DNA of 64,000 bases from an uncultured Candidatus Saccharibacteria bacterium (GTDB lineage Bacteria > Patescibacteriota > Saccharimonadia > Saccharimonadales > EFPC-124), in NCBI GenBank assembly GCA_964405095.1, contig CAYOML010000004.1:5080-69079 (forward strand). Direction: 5' to 3'. The position numbers were made by a program, and so were the translations under genes. How positions within the stretch are numbered: position 1 is the first letter of the stretch; each line of letters begins with the position of its first letter. This document shows, one piece after another, positions 9,789 to 18,388 of the stretch. Under the pieces are notes generated by a model. The model did no database searches and was not told the origin of the DNA. It was given only the letters and a program-made list of their open reading frames with translations.

Positions 9789-12074
9789 ATGCTCAAACTC
9801 CCAAAACACAAGCGCCAACTGCGTATCAGAATTTTGCGCGAGCTCCTACTTTGGCTATTAATTTTGCCTGCGGCATTCGCCGTTACCTGGGTTGGCACGT
9901 ATTACACAAACAACAAAGTTTTGGCGGATTCCTTCACCATCGACGACTTGGGCAACTTGTATTATGCCGACACCACTAACGCCGGGGTTATGCGCGTTAA
10001 CGAACTTACCAATACTACACCAGTCTTTGCTGGACAATTTAACGGTATCAGTGGTTCAGCAAGCAACATAGTTTGGATACAAGCTCAATCAGCACCCACC
10101 CGGGAAGAACAAATGATTGGGAGTTTGCGTGTTAATGGCGAGCTGCAAATAGAATCATGCACAACTGACTGCAATGCAAACGGCGATTACACTAACCAAT
10201 GGGCAAACGCCGGTACCACAGCCACACAAGATTGTGATGCCGCCCCAGGCTCTGGCACCTGCGTGAGAGCGTTTGATATAGCTTATGAACAACTAAAAGG
10301 CAGGGCATTTGTGGCTTATGCAGACAGCGCAGCCGATAAGTTTTACTATGCCCTGTGGGACAACTCTGCTTGGTCGCCGGATTCCTCGCCTGCCTCGCCG
10401 AGTACTACAAACGAGGTAGACTTTGACACTGGCGGCACTGGTGGAACACCACATTGGATACGTGCGGTCGCACAAGGAGAAGACTTCGACACAACCAGGA
10501 CTAACAGAGTAATGGTTCTAGTGTCAGACAGCAACGAAGACCTGTGGGCTTGTTATTGGGACGGGGTTTCCTTTAGTTGCACATCATCGGCGCTCGAAAC
10601 AATCCTGCAAAACTGCACGTTCGGCCAATGTTTCGACGGAGCTTGGCAAGATGAGAACACTTTCATTGCTGTTTATTATGATACCGGCGCATCAACCCTG
10701 CGTTACCAAAAGTATACTGTGGGTACTGGGTGGAGCGGCGAGCTAACTACCCCCACACCAGTTAGCCTGAGCTCGGCTGGGCTTTGGGTTACTGCCCTCC
10801 ATGCCGCGGGAAGCACCAGAGTACTCGTCACAACCACGGAGAGCGGTGACGACACAAGAATGACAGTCTGGCGAGCTGATAACTCCACCGATGGTTGGAC
10901 AACCTGCGCAATCACCGACTGCCCTGATACTGGAACCGAGACTGCGGGTGCCCCCCAGTCCGCCGTTGGCTGGTCGAGATTAGCTGGTACAGGTTTACAA
11001 ATGTATAACGACTCAGCTAACGGGGGCGACCCAGTAGACTATTCAAAATATACACCAACCAGTACATGGGCTGCTGTGGCCAGCACTGCTACCTCTGGAA
11101 GTGATGATGGGCTAAGCATGCGGGCCAGAAGCGAACCAGGTAATAATTCTATCGTCAATATGAAAACAGATGTCGACTGTGACTTATACTTCTCTTTCTG
11201 GACCGGCAACGCCTGGAACGGAACAGCAGCCGATTTGAGTACGGCCCTCTCGAATTATGGAGTCACGTGCCCAGAGCAAGGCACCCCGGCAGGCGGCCTA
11301 GGTATAAACTACGATTTTGCCTGGAACTATCTTAAGATATGGCAGCGTAACTGGCGGTTTTATAACGGCACCGACACAGCCTCAGTCCCAACCACAGCCT
11401 TGGCAGGCGAGAACATGCGACCGACAGGCTTCAACCGTACTAACGGAGTATTCAGATTACGCATGAATTATGGCGAACTCAGCCATACAAATGGCAGCTC
11501 AGACGACAGAAGAAAACTGCAATATACTACCGATTGTAGCCCTAACGTAGCGTTAGAATCCACCTGCACATGGACAGACGTCGACAACACTGGCGGTGCG
11601 GGTATCTGGCGCTACAAGGACATAACCTGCACACCTACAGATTGCGCCGACAACACAAAATTAACTGCCTCCTCAGGCCTAACTGGCACCGACGTTAACT
11701 GCGCTGGTGGTGATGGTTGTGGCACTTGGATAATGAGCAAAGACTCTGCCACAAAAACCAATATGGACCTGAACGGCACTGTAGGTGGCGATTTGATTCA
11801 AGAAAGTGAATGGGTAGTCGAAGCTAACGGCGCAACTGCCGGCAAAGTATACTATTTTAGAATGTACGATGTAACTTACTCTATCCCCTACTACCGCCAA
11901 CAGGATTCTTTAGCTTGTACCAACAACAATACCGTTGGAGGTAATAGTTGTACCTATCCCTCTCTGGTCACAGATGGCATCAATGCCCCTTCGAGTACCG
12001 ATGACTTTATGCGTCATGGCAACTGGTTTAGTGGCGGCGCCGAACAGAACTTCTTCTTCTGGGCAGACTATTAA
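9789..12074 (+). CDS. hypothetical membrane-anchored extracytoplasmic protein with six blade-like repeats (beta-propeller-like), Cys/Trp-rich
   Basis: The ATG lies 19 nt after the giant gene's stop. The N-terminal hydrophobic helix is LLLWLLILPAAFAVTWVG. Six recurring segments have the form hydrophobic strand-D/S...aromatic...W, for example FVAYADSAADKFYYALWDNSAWS, VMVLVSDSNEDLWACYWDGVSFS and SIVNMKTDVDCDLYFSFWTGNAWN. I recognise no family. Confidence 0.7.
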   Translation: MLKLPKHKRQLRIRILRELLLWLLILPAAFAVTWVGTYYTNNKVLADSFTIDDLGNLYYADTTNAGVMRVNELTNTTPVFAGQFNGISGSASNIVWIQAQSAPTREEQMIGSLRVNGELQIESCTTDCNANGDYTNQWANAGTTATQDCDAAPGSGTCVRAFDIAYEQLKGRAFVAYADSAADKFYYALWDNSAWSPDSSPASPSTTNEVDFDTGGTGGTPHWIRAVAQGEDFDTTRTNRVMVLVSDSNEDLWACYWDGVSFSCTSSALETILQNCTFGQCFDGAWQDENTFIAVYYDTGASTLRYQKYTVGTGWSGELTTPTPVSLSSAGLWVTALHAAGSTRVLVTTTESGDDTRMTVWRADNSTDGWTTCAITDCPDTGTETAGAPQSAVGWSRLAGTGLQMYNDSANGGDPVDYSKYTPTSTWAAVASTATSGSDDGLSMRARSEPGNNSIVNMKTDVDCDLYFSFWTGNAWNGTAADLSTALSNYGVTCPEQGTPAGGLGINYDFAWNYLKIWQRNWRFYNGTDTASVPTTALAGENMRPTGFNRTNGVFRLRMNYGELSHTNGSSDDRRKLQYTTDCSPNVALESTCTWTDVDNTGGAGIWRYKDITCTPTDCADNTKLTASSGLTGTDVNCAGGDGCGTWIMSKDSATKTNMDLNGTVGGDLIQESEWVVEANGATAGKVYYFRMYDVTYSIPYYRQQDSLACTNNNTVGGNSCTYPSLVTDGINAPSSTDDFMRHGNWFSGGAEQNFFFWADY

Positions 12075-12913
12075 AGATTCCTCAGTTGGGCTGCAAACGG
12101 GTTGAGTTTTTCCTTAGCCTTTTGTAATACCAGCTTGATTGATGGGTAATTAGCGTCCCAAAAATTATTGCGGTTAGCTAGAATTGCCTTTTGAGCCTGA
12201 AGAATCGCTGTAATATAGGCACCCCTCTCGTAACCGTGAATAGCGTTTTCATTTGCCGCTTCAGCGTAAATTGACCTGGCTTTTTGTACATCCTCAACCT
12301 GACTTATAACAATATCCAGCGAGTCATCCTTAACCCTTGGTGCAGCCTTAAGACGACTTAGTGTTTTGTCTATACCAGTTGCAGCAGCCTGAAGATTAGA
12401 TTTAACCAACTCGGCTTTGTCGCTGTTGGTATCTTCGGCAGGGTTGTATTCCAGCAGATTTCCAAGAGCCAACATAACGTTACGATGGTAAACGATAAAC
12501 CCCTCGGCACTATTAACTGCATCCATCGCCTGATTAACGGCTGGAGCGTAATCTTTGCCTTTAACAATATTGTTATAATCGACAATTTTCTTCTCTTGCC
12601 ATAACTGAATCGTGGGTTTTGCTTCTTCCGGTCGGGCAACGTTAAAAACTGGTACTGCAGCCTCTACATCTCGAATATAAGTCCTTAATGAGCCGTTAGT
12701 CTGTAGCGCAATCTTGGTTACGGGTATTGCAGCTAACTGCGCTTGGCCGTTGTCTATAGCTTTAATAATTGCCCCTACGCTGTCTGTCTGCCGATCAATA
12801 GTGCTGAGCGCTTGCTGTTTGGGGGATAGCACCAAAAAGTATAGGGCCGAACCTGCGATGGCCAAACTCACGGCGATTCTTATGAACCACAAAATTGCCT
12901 GTCTCATTAACAC
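12071..12913 (-). CDS. hypothetical N-terminally membrane-anchored protein
   Basis: A 280-aa ORF with an N-terminal TM helix (AILWFIRIAVSLAIAGSALYFLVL). The rest looks helical and soluble. Its stop overlaps the stop of the convergent 761-aa gene (shared TTAA at 12071-12074). Confidence 0.6.
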   Translation of the reverse strand: MLMRQAILWFIRIAVSLAIAGSALYFLVLSPKQQALSTIDRQTDSVGAIIKAIDNGQAQLAAIPVTKIALQTNGSLRTYIRDVEAAVPVFNVARPEEAKPTIQLWQEKKIVDYNNIVKGKDYAPAVNQAMDAVNSAEGFIVYHRNVMLALGNLLEYNPAEDTNSDKAELVKSNLQAAATGIDKTLSRLKAAPRVKDDSLDIVISQVEDVQKARSIYAEAANENAIHGYERGAYITAILQAQKAILANRNNFWDANYPSIKLVLQKAKEKLNPFAAQLRNL

Positions 12914-13111
12914 TACTATACAGAAAAGTAGGCTGCTAAGTTGCTTGCTGGGCGTAAACTATATAAACTAGTAACAGTATAAACGAGGGGCAAGGATATT
13001 GACTTTACACCTGGGCGCTCGCCGTATCGGGTAACCAACACACCCCAGAGGCCAGCGCCGGCAGCACCAGCGCCAGTTCAACCCCGTCCGGTAACGCCGG
13101 CACCTGTTTCG

Positions 13112-13546
13112 GTGACTCCTAAGCCCATGCTAAAAAAAGATAAACCTGGTTTTGTCCGCTTCTTACAGCGTAAGTGGTGGCTGATACTAATAGTTGTAGT
13201 ACTTCTTGGTATAACTGGGTACTTTGGCTACAAATACTATACCGAGCGCAGTAAGCCAGGCGTGCAGGGTGCGCAGACCAGCCAACAAATGGCGGCAACA
13301 CCCAAAGAACTCGTCGATGAAATCAGTAAGTTTATTGTTTTGCCAAATGAAGAGCCTCAGGTTGCCACAATCAGTAACGTAGACATATTAAAGGGCGGTG
13401 ACGGAAGTGAATTCTTTAAAAACGCCCAAAACGGCGATGCCGTGCTGATTTTTACAAAGGCTGGGCGTGGGCTTTTGTACCGACCATCGACCCACAAAAT
13501 TATCGAATATACTAAAATTGTCTTTAAAGGCAACTTAACGCAGTAA
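13112..13546 (+). CDS. small membrane-anchored hypothetical protein (paralog of 50695-51132)
   Basis: GTG at 13112 or ATG at 13127. TM helix WWLILIVVVLLGITGYFGY. The C-terminal FFKNAQNGDAVLIFTKAGRGLLYR matches FFGKAQNGDYILIYTKAKLALLYR in the 50.7-kb gene. Confidence 0.65.
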   Translation: MTPKPMLKKDKPGFVRFLQRKWWLILIVVVLLGITGYFGYKYYTERSKPGVQGAQTSQQMAATPKELVDEISKFIVLPNEEPQVATISNVDILKGGDGSEFFKNAQNGDAVLIFTKAGRGLLYRPSTHKIIEYTKIVFKGNLTQ

Positions 13547-13810
13547 CTAACCAGGTTTTTCGGGGTTGGACTCGGCCAAACGATCAATCTTCTGTGCTAA
13601 AGCGTAATCTTTTTCCGTGACTTTACCAGCCGAATGAGTCGTTAACCAAATCTCGACGGTATCGTACGAATTTTTCCAAACCGGATGGTGATTCATTGTC
13701 TCGGCCTCAGCAGCCACCGAAACCATAAAGCCAAAGGCGTGCACAAAGTCTTTAAATACGAATTTGCGGTAAATTGAATCGGCTTCAGGTTTCCAGTTGG
13801 CATTTTCCAT
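13547..13810 (-). CDS. pterin-4-alpha-carbinolamine dehydratase (PCD/DCoH family)
   Basis: 87 aa. FKDFVHAFGFMVSVAAEAETMNHHPVWKNSYDTVEIWLTTHSAG carries the family's HHP...W.N.Y..V core and is the typical size. Confidence 0.75.
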   Translation of the reverse strand: MENANWKPEADSIYRKFVFKDFVHAFGFMVSVAAEAETMNHHPVWKNSYDTVEIWLTTHSAGKVTEKDYALAQKIDRLAESNPEKPG

Positions 13811-13835
13811 ATAGCTAAGGTAAAAAGTTTTAACT

Positions 13836-13912
13836 TGGTACCAGGGGTGGGTATCGAACCCACGACCTCGGGCTTATGAGTCCCGCGCTCTAACCGTCTG
13901 AGCTACCCTGGC
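13836..13912 (-). tRNA. tRNA with anticodon CAT (elongator Met or Ile2/lysidine type)
   Basis: The reverse complement reads GCCAGGG-TA-GCTC-AGACGGTTA-GAGC...CTCATAA...GTGGG-TTCGATA-CCCAC-CCCTGGT-A-CCA. It forms a cloverleaf with encoded CCA and a G1:U72 pair. Confidence 0.85.
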
Positions 13913-14045
13913 TTGTTTACAGATTGCAATTGTAGCAAAAAAAGCCGCATCTGAACAGGGGCGGGGCAAACTTGCACCGCTACCTGAATTACAGTAGACT
14001 AACACTTAGCACTAGCATAACTAGATGGAGGGAGTGAGGCTTTTT

Positions 14046-14540
14046 ATGGATCCAAAGAACAACCAAATGCCGAGTGGGGCACCGCAGCCAACTGCACCGC
14101 GCTTTTCTGGTGGCAAATCAGGGGGATTGAATATGAATCGCAATAGAAAAATGATGTTCGGCGTTGTCGCCGTATTAGTAATTGTACTAGCCGTAGTCGG
14201 TTTCTTTGCCTGGAAGCAGATGAGCGGCGCTAGCGGCGCGCTCAAGGGCGGCCAGTACCAGGCTCTGTTTTTGACCAACGGCCAGGTATACTTTGGCAAA
14301 CTATCTAACGTCGACGACAAATACGTCCGCTTGACCGACATTTACTACCTGCAGGTACAGCAAAATGTCCAACCAGCCGACACCAAGGCCCAACCACAGG
14401 TTAGTCTGGCTAAACTAGGGAGCGAGCTACACGGCCCAGAAGACCAAATGGAAGTTAACCGTGACCAAGTTTTGTTCTGGGAAAACCTCAAGAACGATGG
14501 CAAGGTCGTAAAGGCTATCCAAGAGAACCAAAAGAAATAG
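14046..14540 (+). CDS. hypothetical membrane-anchored protein
   Basis: The ATG at 14046 is preceded by GGAGGGA (14027-14033). An alternative ATG lies at 14025. TM helix MMFGVVAVLVIVLAVVGFFAW. I recognise no family. Confidence 0.6.
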   Translation: MDPKNNQMPSGAPQPTAPRFSGGKSGGLNMNRNRKMMFGVVAVLVIVLAVVGFFAWKQMSGASGALKGGQYQALFLTNGQVYFGKLSNVDDKYVRLTDIYYLQVQQNVQPADTKAQPQVSLAKLGSELHGPEDQMEVNRDQVLFWENLKNDGKVVKAIQENQKK

Positions 14541-14556
14541 TCTGTAAACAAAATTT

Positions 14557-14587
14557 AAAAAACCGCTCACACCTCGGGCGGTTTTTT
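14557..14587. terminator. bidirectional Rho-independent terminator between convergent genes
   Basis: AAAAAACCGCTC-acacctc-GGGCGGTTTTTT: a GC stem flanked by an A-run and a T-run. It overlaps the stop of the ATPase gene. Confidence 0.7.
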
Positions 14588-17306
14588 AAACCCCGGGTTT
14601 TGCCGGCAGATCGCCGTATTCGGGGCCAAACTTATCGAACAATGGATTGAGGAGCTTCATTACCCCAAATAACCCCAACATGCCAGCGAGTATTACTAAC
14701 CAGTCTAGGCCGCTAATTGGTGTGACTTTAAAGAGGTTCGCCAGTGGTGGCAGGTACACAATGGCCAGTTGTATGCCAATCGAAACCAGCAGGCTTAATG
14801 TAATTAGTGGGTTAGACCACCACTTCATGCCGTAGTCGCTGCGAATGTCGGCCAGGCGCACAAATTCGTAAAGAACCATGGCGATAAACACCACCGAACT
14901 AGCTGCGGCAGCACCTTGGCTGCCGACAATAGCCGAATAGTGCCAAAGAATCAGCAGACTCATCAGCCCACCAAACACAAATATTTCCAGCCAGACACGC
15001 CTGTTTATTATGGATTGTTGGTAGTGGTGTGGTTTTAGCTTCATGACATCTTTGGCAGTCGGGTCATTACCCAGAGCAATGGCCGGCAAACCGTCGGTGA
15101 CAATGTTTATAAACAATATCTGAGCGGCAGTTAGTAATAGGTTTTGGTGTATAAGAACACCCAGCAAAATAGTTATGACTTCGGCGATGTTGCAAGATAG
15201 TAAGAAATTAACAAATTTACGAACGTTGTCGAAGATACCGCGCCCCTCTTCGATAGCATTGATGATAGTTAGGAATTGATCATCCAACAAAATCATATCG
15301 CTGGCTTCTTTGGCAGCGTCGGTGCCTGTTATGCCCATGGCAATACCTATATCGGCGGCTTTGATGGCCGGGGCATCGTTGACGCCGTCACCGGTCATCG
15401 CCACTTGGTGGCCATGGTACTTTAGGGCGCGAATTATGCGCATTTTATGTTCGGGATTGACTCGCGCGTAAACGCCTATACTTTCGACGCGGGCCGCAAA
15501 AGCATCATCGTCCAAATCATCTAACTCTATGCCAGTAAACGCTTCGCCGATTATACCGACTTCGCGGGCTACGGCTTTGGCAGTTTCGACATTGTCGCCG
15601 GTAATCATAATCACTCGCATGCCGGCTTCGGTCTGTACCCGCTCGATAACCTCTTTTACTTCGACCCGTGGCGGGTCCATCATGGCTTGCAGCCCAACAA
15701 AGATGAGTTTTTCCTCCATCGATTCTTCACCAGGTTTTTCATCGAACGTGCGGTACGCAAAACCCAATACCCTGAGGGCTTTGGCTGCCATTGCATCGTT
15801 ACGGGCCATTATTTGGCGCTTGGCCTCGACTGTCAGCGCAACCTCTTTGCCGCGCTGTAACAATTTATCGCAGTGCCCCAGTAACACATCTGGTGCTCCC
15901 TTTACTGCAACCATGTAACCATTACCAGATTCATGCAGCGTGCTCATCATTTTGCGGGCAGAGCTAAAAGGAACTTCGTTGACGCGCGTGTATTTATTGT
16001 CGACTCTTGCACGCACTAGGCCGACCTTGGCCGCCGACACTATCAAACAACCTTCTGTCGGATCGCCAAGCACTTGGTCGTCTTTGAGCCGCGAATTGTT
16101 GCATAGCAATCCAATGGTTAATAGCTGAGTGATATCGGCCGAGGCAGCGACTGTTTTTTGGTTGAGGGTCAACTTGCCCGTCGTACCATAACCCGAACCG
16201 GCGAGTTCATAGGCATCGTTACCAGCAAATAATTCGCGAACTGTCATTTCGCCAGCGGTTAATGTACCGGTTTTGTCGGAGCAAATAACGTCGGTCGATC
16301 CCAAAGATTCGACGGCGGCTAAGCGGCGAACCAACGCGTTCTTGGCGGCCATTCGCCGGGCGCCAAGCGCCAGACTAATCCGCACCACAAACGCCAACCC
16401 CTCTGGTATAGCCGCTACAGCTAGGGCGACAGCGGCTGTAAAGGCCAACAGTATTTTTTGGGTCATATTGGCCCCAGCCAGGTCGTGATCGAGAAATAAA
16501 ATCGCGACAAACATGGCAGCACAAATCACCAAGATGACCAAACCAAGCTTACGCCCAAGATCGTCGAGTTTGCGCTGCATAGGTGTTTGTTCTGATTCGA
16601 CCGAGCTCACCAGGTGAGCAATATGGCCAATTTCGGTTTCGGCGCCAGTGGCCACCACAATACCTTCGGCAGTACCGGTGGTTACAAGTGTACCAGAGAA
16701 CAGCATGTTGTTTTGGTCGGCTAGTGCCAAGTTGCCAGTTAGCGGCTCGATCGTCTTATTAACCGGCAGCGACTCCCCTGTTAGGCTGGCCTCGTTGGCC
16801 TGCAGGTGGTTGGCCTGCAGAATACGGATGTCGGCCGGGATTTTTTTGCCTTCTTCCAGGAGTACGATGTCGCCTGGTACTAATTCTTCGCTGGGTACTT
16901 CCAGCACCTCACCGCCGCGCCTCACCCGACAGGTTTGAGCGACTAGCTTTCTAAGAGCATCAACTGTTTTCTCGGCTTTATACTCATTGAAAAAACCAAC
17001 AATGGCGATGGCAACCACGCTGGAATATATCAGCAGCGCCTCGGTTGGTATCGCGTCGTGCTCGATAAAACTAACACCCAGCGATAGCGTCGCGGCGACT
17101 ACCAACACCATAATCAACACATCTTTAAACTGCGATAACAACAACTTAAATGCCGATAATTTTGGGCCAGACGGCAACTGATTAAGCCCGAATTTAGCGC
17201 GGCGTTGTTCGACCTGGCTAGCCATTAAACCAACATCGGTCCGAGCACCCAACGTGTCGGCCACAGTCTGGCCACTTTGACTATAGAAGCTGTTTGTTTT
17301 TGACAT
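14586..17306 (-). CDS. cation-transporting P-type ATPase (type II, Ca2+/SERCA-PMCA-like)
   Basis: 906 aa. It has the phosphorylation motif ICSDKTGTLT, the hinge MTGDGVNDAPAIKAADIGIAMG, TGES (LTGESLP), and about 10 TM segments. Confidence 0.9.
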   Translation of the reverse strand: MSKTNSFYSQSGQTVADTLGARTDVGLMASQVEQRRAKFGLNQLPSGPKLSAFKLLLSQFKDVLIMVLVVAATLSLGVSFIEHDAIPTEALLIYSSVVAIAIVGFFNEYKAEKTVDALRKLVAQTCRVRRGGEVLEVPSEELVPGDIVLLEEGKKIPADIRILQANHLQANEASLTGESLPVNKTIEPLTGNLALADQNNMLFSGTLVTTGTAEGIVVATGAETEIGHIAHLVSSVESEQTPMQRKLDDLGRKLGLVILVICAAMFVAILFLDHDLAGANMTQKILLAFTAAVALAVAAIPEGLAFVVRISLALGARRMAAKNALVRRLAAVESLGSTDVICSDKTGTLTAGEMTVRELFAGNDAYELAGSGYGTTGKLTLNQKTVAASADITQLLTIGLLCNNSRLKDDQVLGDPTEGCLIVSAAKVGLVRARVDNKYTRVNEVPFSSARKMMSTLHESGNGYMVAVKGAPDVLLGHCDKLLQRGKEVALTVEAKRQIMARNDAMAAKALRVLGFAYRTFDEKPGEESMEEKLIFVGLQAMMDPPRVEVKEVIERVQTEAGMRVIMITGDNVETAKAVAREVGIIGEAFTGIELDDLDDDAFAARVESIGVYARVNPEHKMRIIRALKYHGHQVAMTGDGVNDAPAIKAADIGIAMGITGTDAAKEASDMILLDDQFLTIINAIEEGRGIFDNVRKFVNFLLSCNIAEVITILLGVLIHQNLLLTAAQILFINIVTDGLPAIALGNDPTAKDVMKLKPHHYQQSIINRRVWLEIFVFGGLMSLLILWHYSAIVGSQGAAAASSVVFIAMVLYEFVRLADIRSDYGMKWWSNPLITLSLLVSIGIQLAIVYLPPLANLFKVTPISGLDWLVILAGMLGLFGVMKLLNPLFDKFGPEYGDLPAKPGV

Positions 17307-17383
17307 AATCTGTTACTACGTGTTATACACTATAGTAAACACAAGCGTCAAACAGTGTAAAACAAAAATAAGTAGAAACGCGC

Positions 17384-18100
17384 GTGGGCATGGACAGTTC
17401 TTACTTTACAATCATCAGTCTAGTCATTATAGCCGCTGCCACTGGCGCCATCAGCCTTTACAGTTTGAGTCTTCAGATCATACTGGCTACTTTTAACTTT
17501 GGTCGCGGTGCCCGTAGCCGACGAGTGGCATTATTAAGTCTGACGTACGCTTTAAGTATTTTTGTCTTGTGGACGGCGGCCGGCCTTGGACTGCTTTACT
17601 TAATTTCAGTATTCAACACTACGGCCTACATATATATCTTGGCGATTGCCAGCACTGGAGCCGCGGTAGCAGGCGTGTTAAAGATCATGGCTTACGTCCG
17701 GCACAGCGAAGCTCGTTCGCCACAAATAACCCATTTTTTGGTCAGTCTCGCCCATCGGCTGGCCATTAAAACCAAAGATGCGCGGGGTGTTGCCAAACTT
17801 GGCGCGCTGGTAATCGGCATAGAATTTATGTGGACAGGTGCTTTGTATACAGCAGTTATCGTCATGCTATACATGCAAATGGCATCGACTGCGCCAATGT
17901 TGATAGGCCTTTATAGTCTTGTTTTGGTTGTTCCGCTTGTTGGCATTACTGTCCTAATCGTCAGTGACGTAAAGATCAGTGCTATACAAAGGTGGAGGGA
18001 TAACTACGCCCGATTGATGCAGCTATCCATGGGCTTGTTGTTGATTGCGCTGGGTGTGTATGGCATCGCACTAGCTAACGGAGCTCTTAACCTTGAGTAA
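17384..18100 (+). CDS. polytopic integral membrane protein, unknown family
   Basis: 238 aa with about 6 hydrophobic helices and no Cys. It is the first gene of an apparent three-gene unit with the ATP-cone protein and the flavoprotein reductase. Confidence 0.6.
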   Translation: MGMDSSYFTIISLVIIAAATGAISLYSLSLQIILATFNFGRGARSRRVALLSLTYALSIFVLWTAAGLGLLYLISVFNTTAYIYILAIASTGAAVAGVLKIMAYVRHSEARSPQITHFLVSLAHRLAIKTKDARGVAKLGALVIGIEFMWTGALYTAVIVMLYMQMASTAPMLIGLYSLVLVVPLVGITVLIVSDVKISAIQRWRDNYARLMQLSMGLLLIALGVYGIALANGALNLE

Positions 18101-18377
18101 ATCACCTGCCCACGTAGTAAAACGCATGGCTGGCCATACCGAACCTTACGACGAACGCAAGCTCTACGCCAGCGTTTACGCCTCCTGCTTAGCCGTCCGA
18201 ACCCCGGCTGGCGAGGCTGAGTTGACTGCCGCCAGAGTCTGCCAGGATGTGCTACCATGGATCTTGAGTAAGGCAGAAGTTACATCGCTCGATATCCGTG
18301 CCCGAGCCACCACCCATCTTAAGCTTTATAACCCCGATGCAGCATATATGTACGCACATCACCGCGTAAGCGGATAA
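18093..18377 (+). CDS. stand-alone ATP-cone domain protein
   Basis: 94 aa. HVVKRMAGHTEPYDERKLYASVYASCLA resembles the V.KRDG..E.FD..KL..S. opening of ATP-cone domains. The TTG start overlaps the upstream gene by 8 nt. Confidence 0.6.
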   Translation: MSKSPAHVVKRMAGHTEPYDERKLYASVYASCLAVRTPAGEAELTAARVCQDVLPWILSKAEVTSLDIRARATTHLKLYNPDAAYMYAHHRVSG

Positions 18378-18388
18378 AGGAAAAAGAA

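Noticed and set aside
12983-13111. Pro-rich in-frame extension upstream of the 13112 gene (…PQRPAPAAPAPVQPRPVTPAPVS…)
   Set aside because: The frame is open from 12983 but contains no ATG, GTG or TTG before 13112. The paralog at 50.7 kb has no such extension.
17307-17383. Partial palindrome GTGTTATACACTATAGTAAACAC in the divergent ATPase / membrane-protein promoter region
   Set aside because: It is short and imperfect, with no second copy in the window. It could be a chance AT-rich promoter sequence.
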